Below, one piece after another: positions 63,040-64,000 of a stretch of DNA of 64,000 nt (the stretch's first letter is position 1; the number at the start of each line of letters is the position of its first letter). The DNA comes from the human T2T-CHM13v2.0 reference genome, Homo sapiens: assembly GCA_009914755.4 (NCBI GenBank), contig CP086569.2, positions 21,376,001 through 21,440,000 on the forward strand. The letters are read 5' to 3'. A program made the translations under genes and the position numbers. The notes below the pieces were generated by a model, which was given only the letters and a program-made list of their open reading frames with translations, searched no databases and was not told where the DNA came from.

Positions 63040-64000
63040 CCTCAGAAAGAGTGGTGAAACTGTTAAAAGAAAAACAAACAAACAGAAAACAACAATAATA
63101 AAACCACGTCCAAAAATCAGCAATGTCATTGTAGGTAGATAAGCCCACAAAGATGGGAAAAAGAGCAACACAAAAATGAAGAAACTCAAAAAGTCACAGT
63201 GTTTATTTTTCTCCAAATGACAACAACACATCTTCAGCAAGGGTCAGAACTGTAATGAGTGTGAGATGGCTGAATCAAAAAAAGTAGGCTTCAGAATGTA
63301 AATAAAAATAAACTTTGCTTAGCAAAAGGAATATAGTGTAACCCAATGCAAAGAAGCTAAGAATTATAATATAACAAAACAGGAGCTAACAACTAAAACA
63401 TCAGATCTAGAAAGAAATATAACCGACCTGATTAAGCTGAAAAGCATACTAAAAAATCTTTACAATGCAATCACAAGTATTATAGTATTAGTAGAAATAT
63501 TAAAATAATAGACTGAGTAGAGAAAAGAATGTCAGAGCTTAAAGAATACCTTTATGAAATAAGACAGGCAGAATATATACAGAGAAAATAATTAAAAAGA
63601 ACAAAACTTCTTAGAAATATTAAATTATCTAAAGTGAACAAATGTAGAACTGATTAAGGTATCTGAAAGAGTGGAGAATGAAACCAATTTGGATAACATA
63701 CTTCAGGATATTTCACAGTAGGAGTTCCCCAACCTAGCAAAGTAGGCTAACGTTCAAATTGAGAAAATGCAGAAGACCCCAGAAAGATACTCCATGAGAA
63801 GACAAGGTTCAATACATACAATCATCAGATATTCAAAGATAAAAATGAAAAAGAAAATGTTAAAAGCCACCAGAGTGAAAGACCAGGTCACCTACATAGG
63901 GAAGACCATCACACACAGCAAGCCTCTCAGCAGAAACCTTACAAGCCAGAAGAGATTAGGGGCCAATATTCAACATGCTTTAAAAAGAAATGAACCTAGA
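63040..64000 (+). mobile_element. Older L1 (L1PB/L1MA-like) 5' region including the ORF1 remnant; continues past the window end
   Basis: AAGATGGGAAAAAGAGCAACACAAAAATGAAGAAACTCAAAAAG (ORF1 start-like) ... TTCCCCAACCTAGCAAAGTAGGCTAACGTTCAAATTGAGAAAATGCAGAAGACCCCAGAAAGATACTCC ... GGGGCCAATATTCAACATGC. These match conserved L1 ORF1 C-terminal segments (QEAQRTPNRI..., RSGWEPIFNIL). Confidence 0.7.

Overview
This window is hominoid, almost certainly human, nuclear DNA from a transposon-dense, gene-poor region. I could not support any intact host protein-coding gene, rRNA, tRNA or CRISPR array; every long ORF in the six-frame track falls inside a transposable element or tandem repeat. Several features stand out. 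(1) A 5'-truncated L1PA at ~3005-6468 carries a 5' inversion with an 11-bp target-site duplication (TSD). (2) A full-length 6.1-kb L1PA at 27407-33550 is followed directly by a ~390-bp diverged L1 3' end, and a single 14-15 bp TSD flanks the pair; this suggests one retrotransposition event carrying a 3' transduction. (3) Two related gammaretrovirus-like ERV proviruses lie tail-to-tail. The + copy spans ~37217-45747 and the - copy ~46016-60074. Both keep recognisable gag zinc knuckle, protease, RT and integrase remnants; the - copy also keeps env TM. Their LTRs are related and both have a tRNA-Glu-like primer-binding site. (4) The - provirus holds an SVA inside an Alu inside its integrase, with clean TSDs at each level, which orders the three insertions in time. 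(5) An apparently ancient ~7.8-kb tandem segmental duplication at ~6.5-24.2 kb, roughly 70% identical between copies, was later peppered with Alu, L1 and an AT-rich expansion. (6) There are ten-plus Alu elements, old L1 fragments and several minisatellites or microsatellites. All coordinates come from manual reading, so element boundaries are approximate (roughly +/-20 bp for SINE/LINE ends, +/-100 bp for LTR and duplication edges). Family names beyond L1/Alu/SVA/class-I ERV could not be established without a repeat library.
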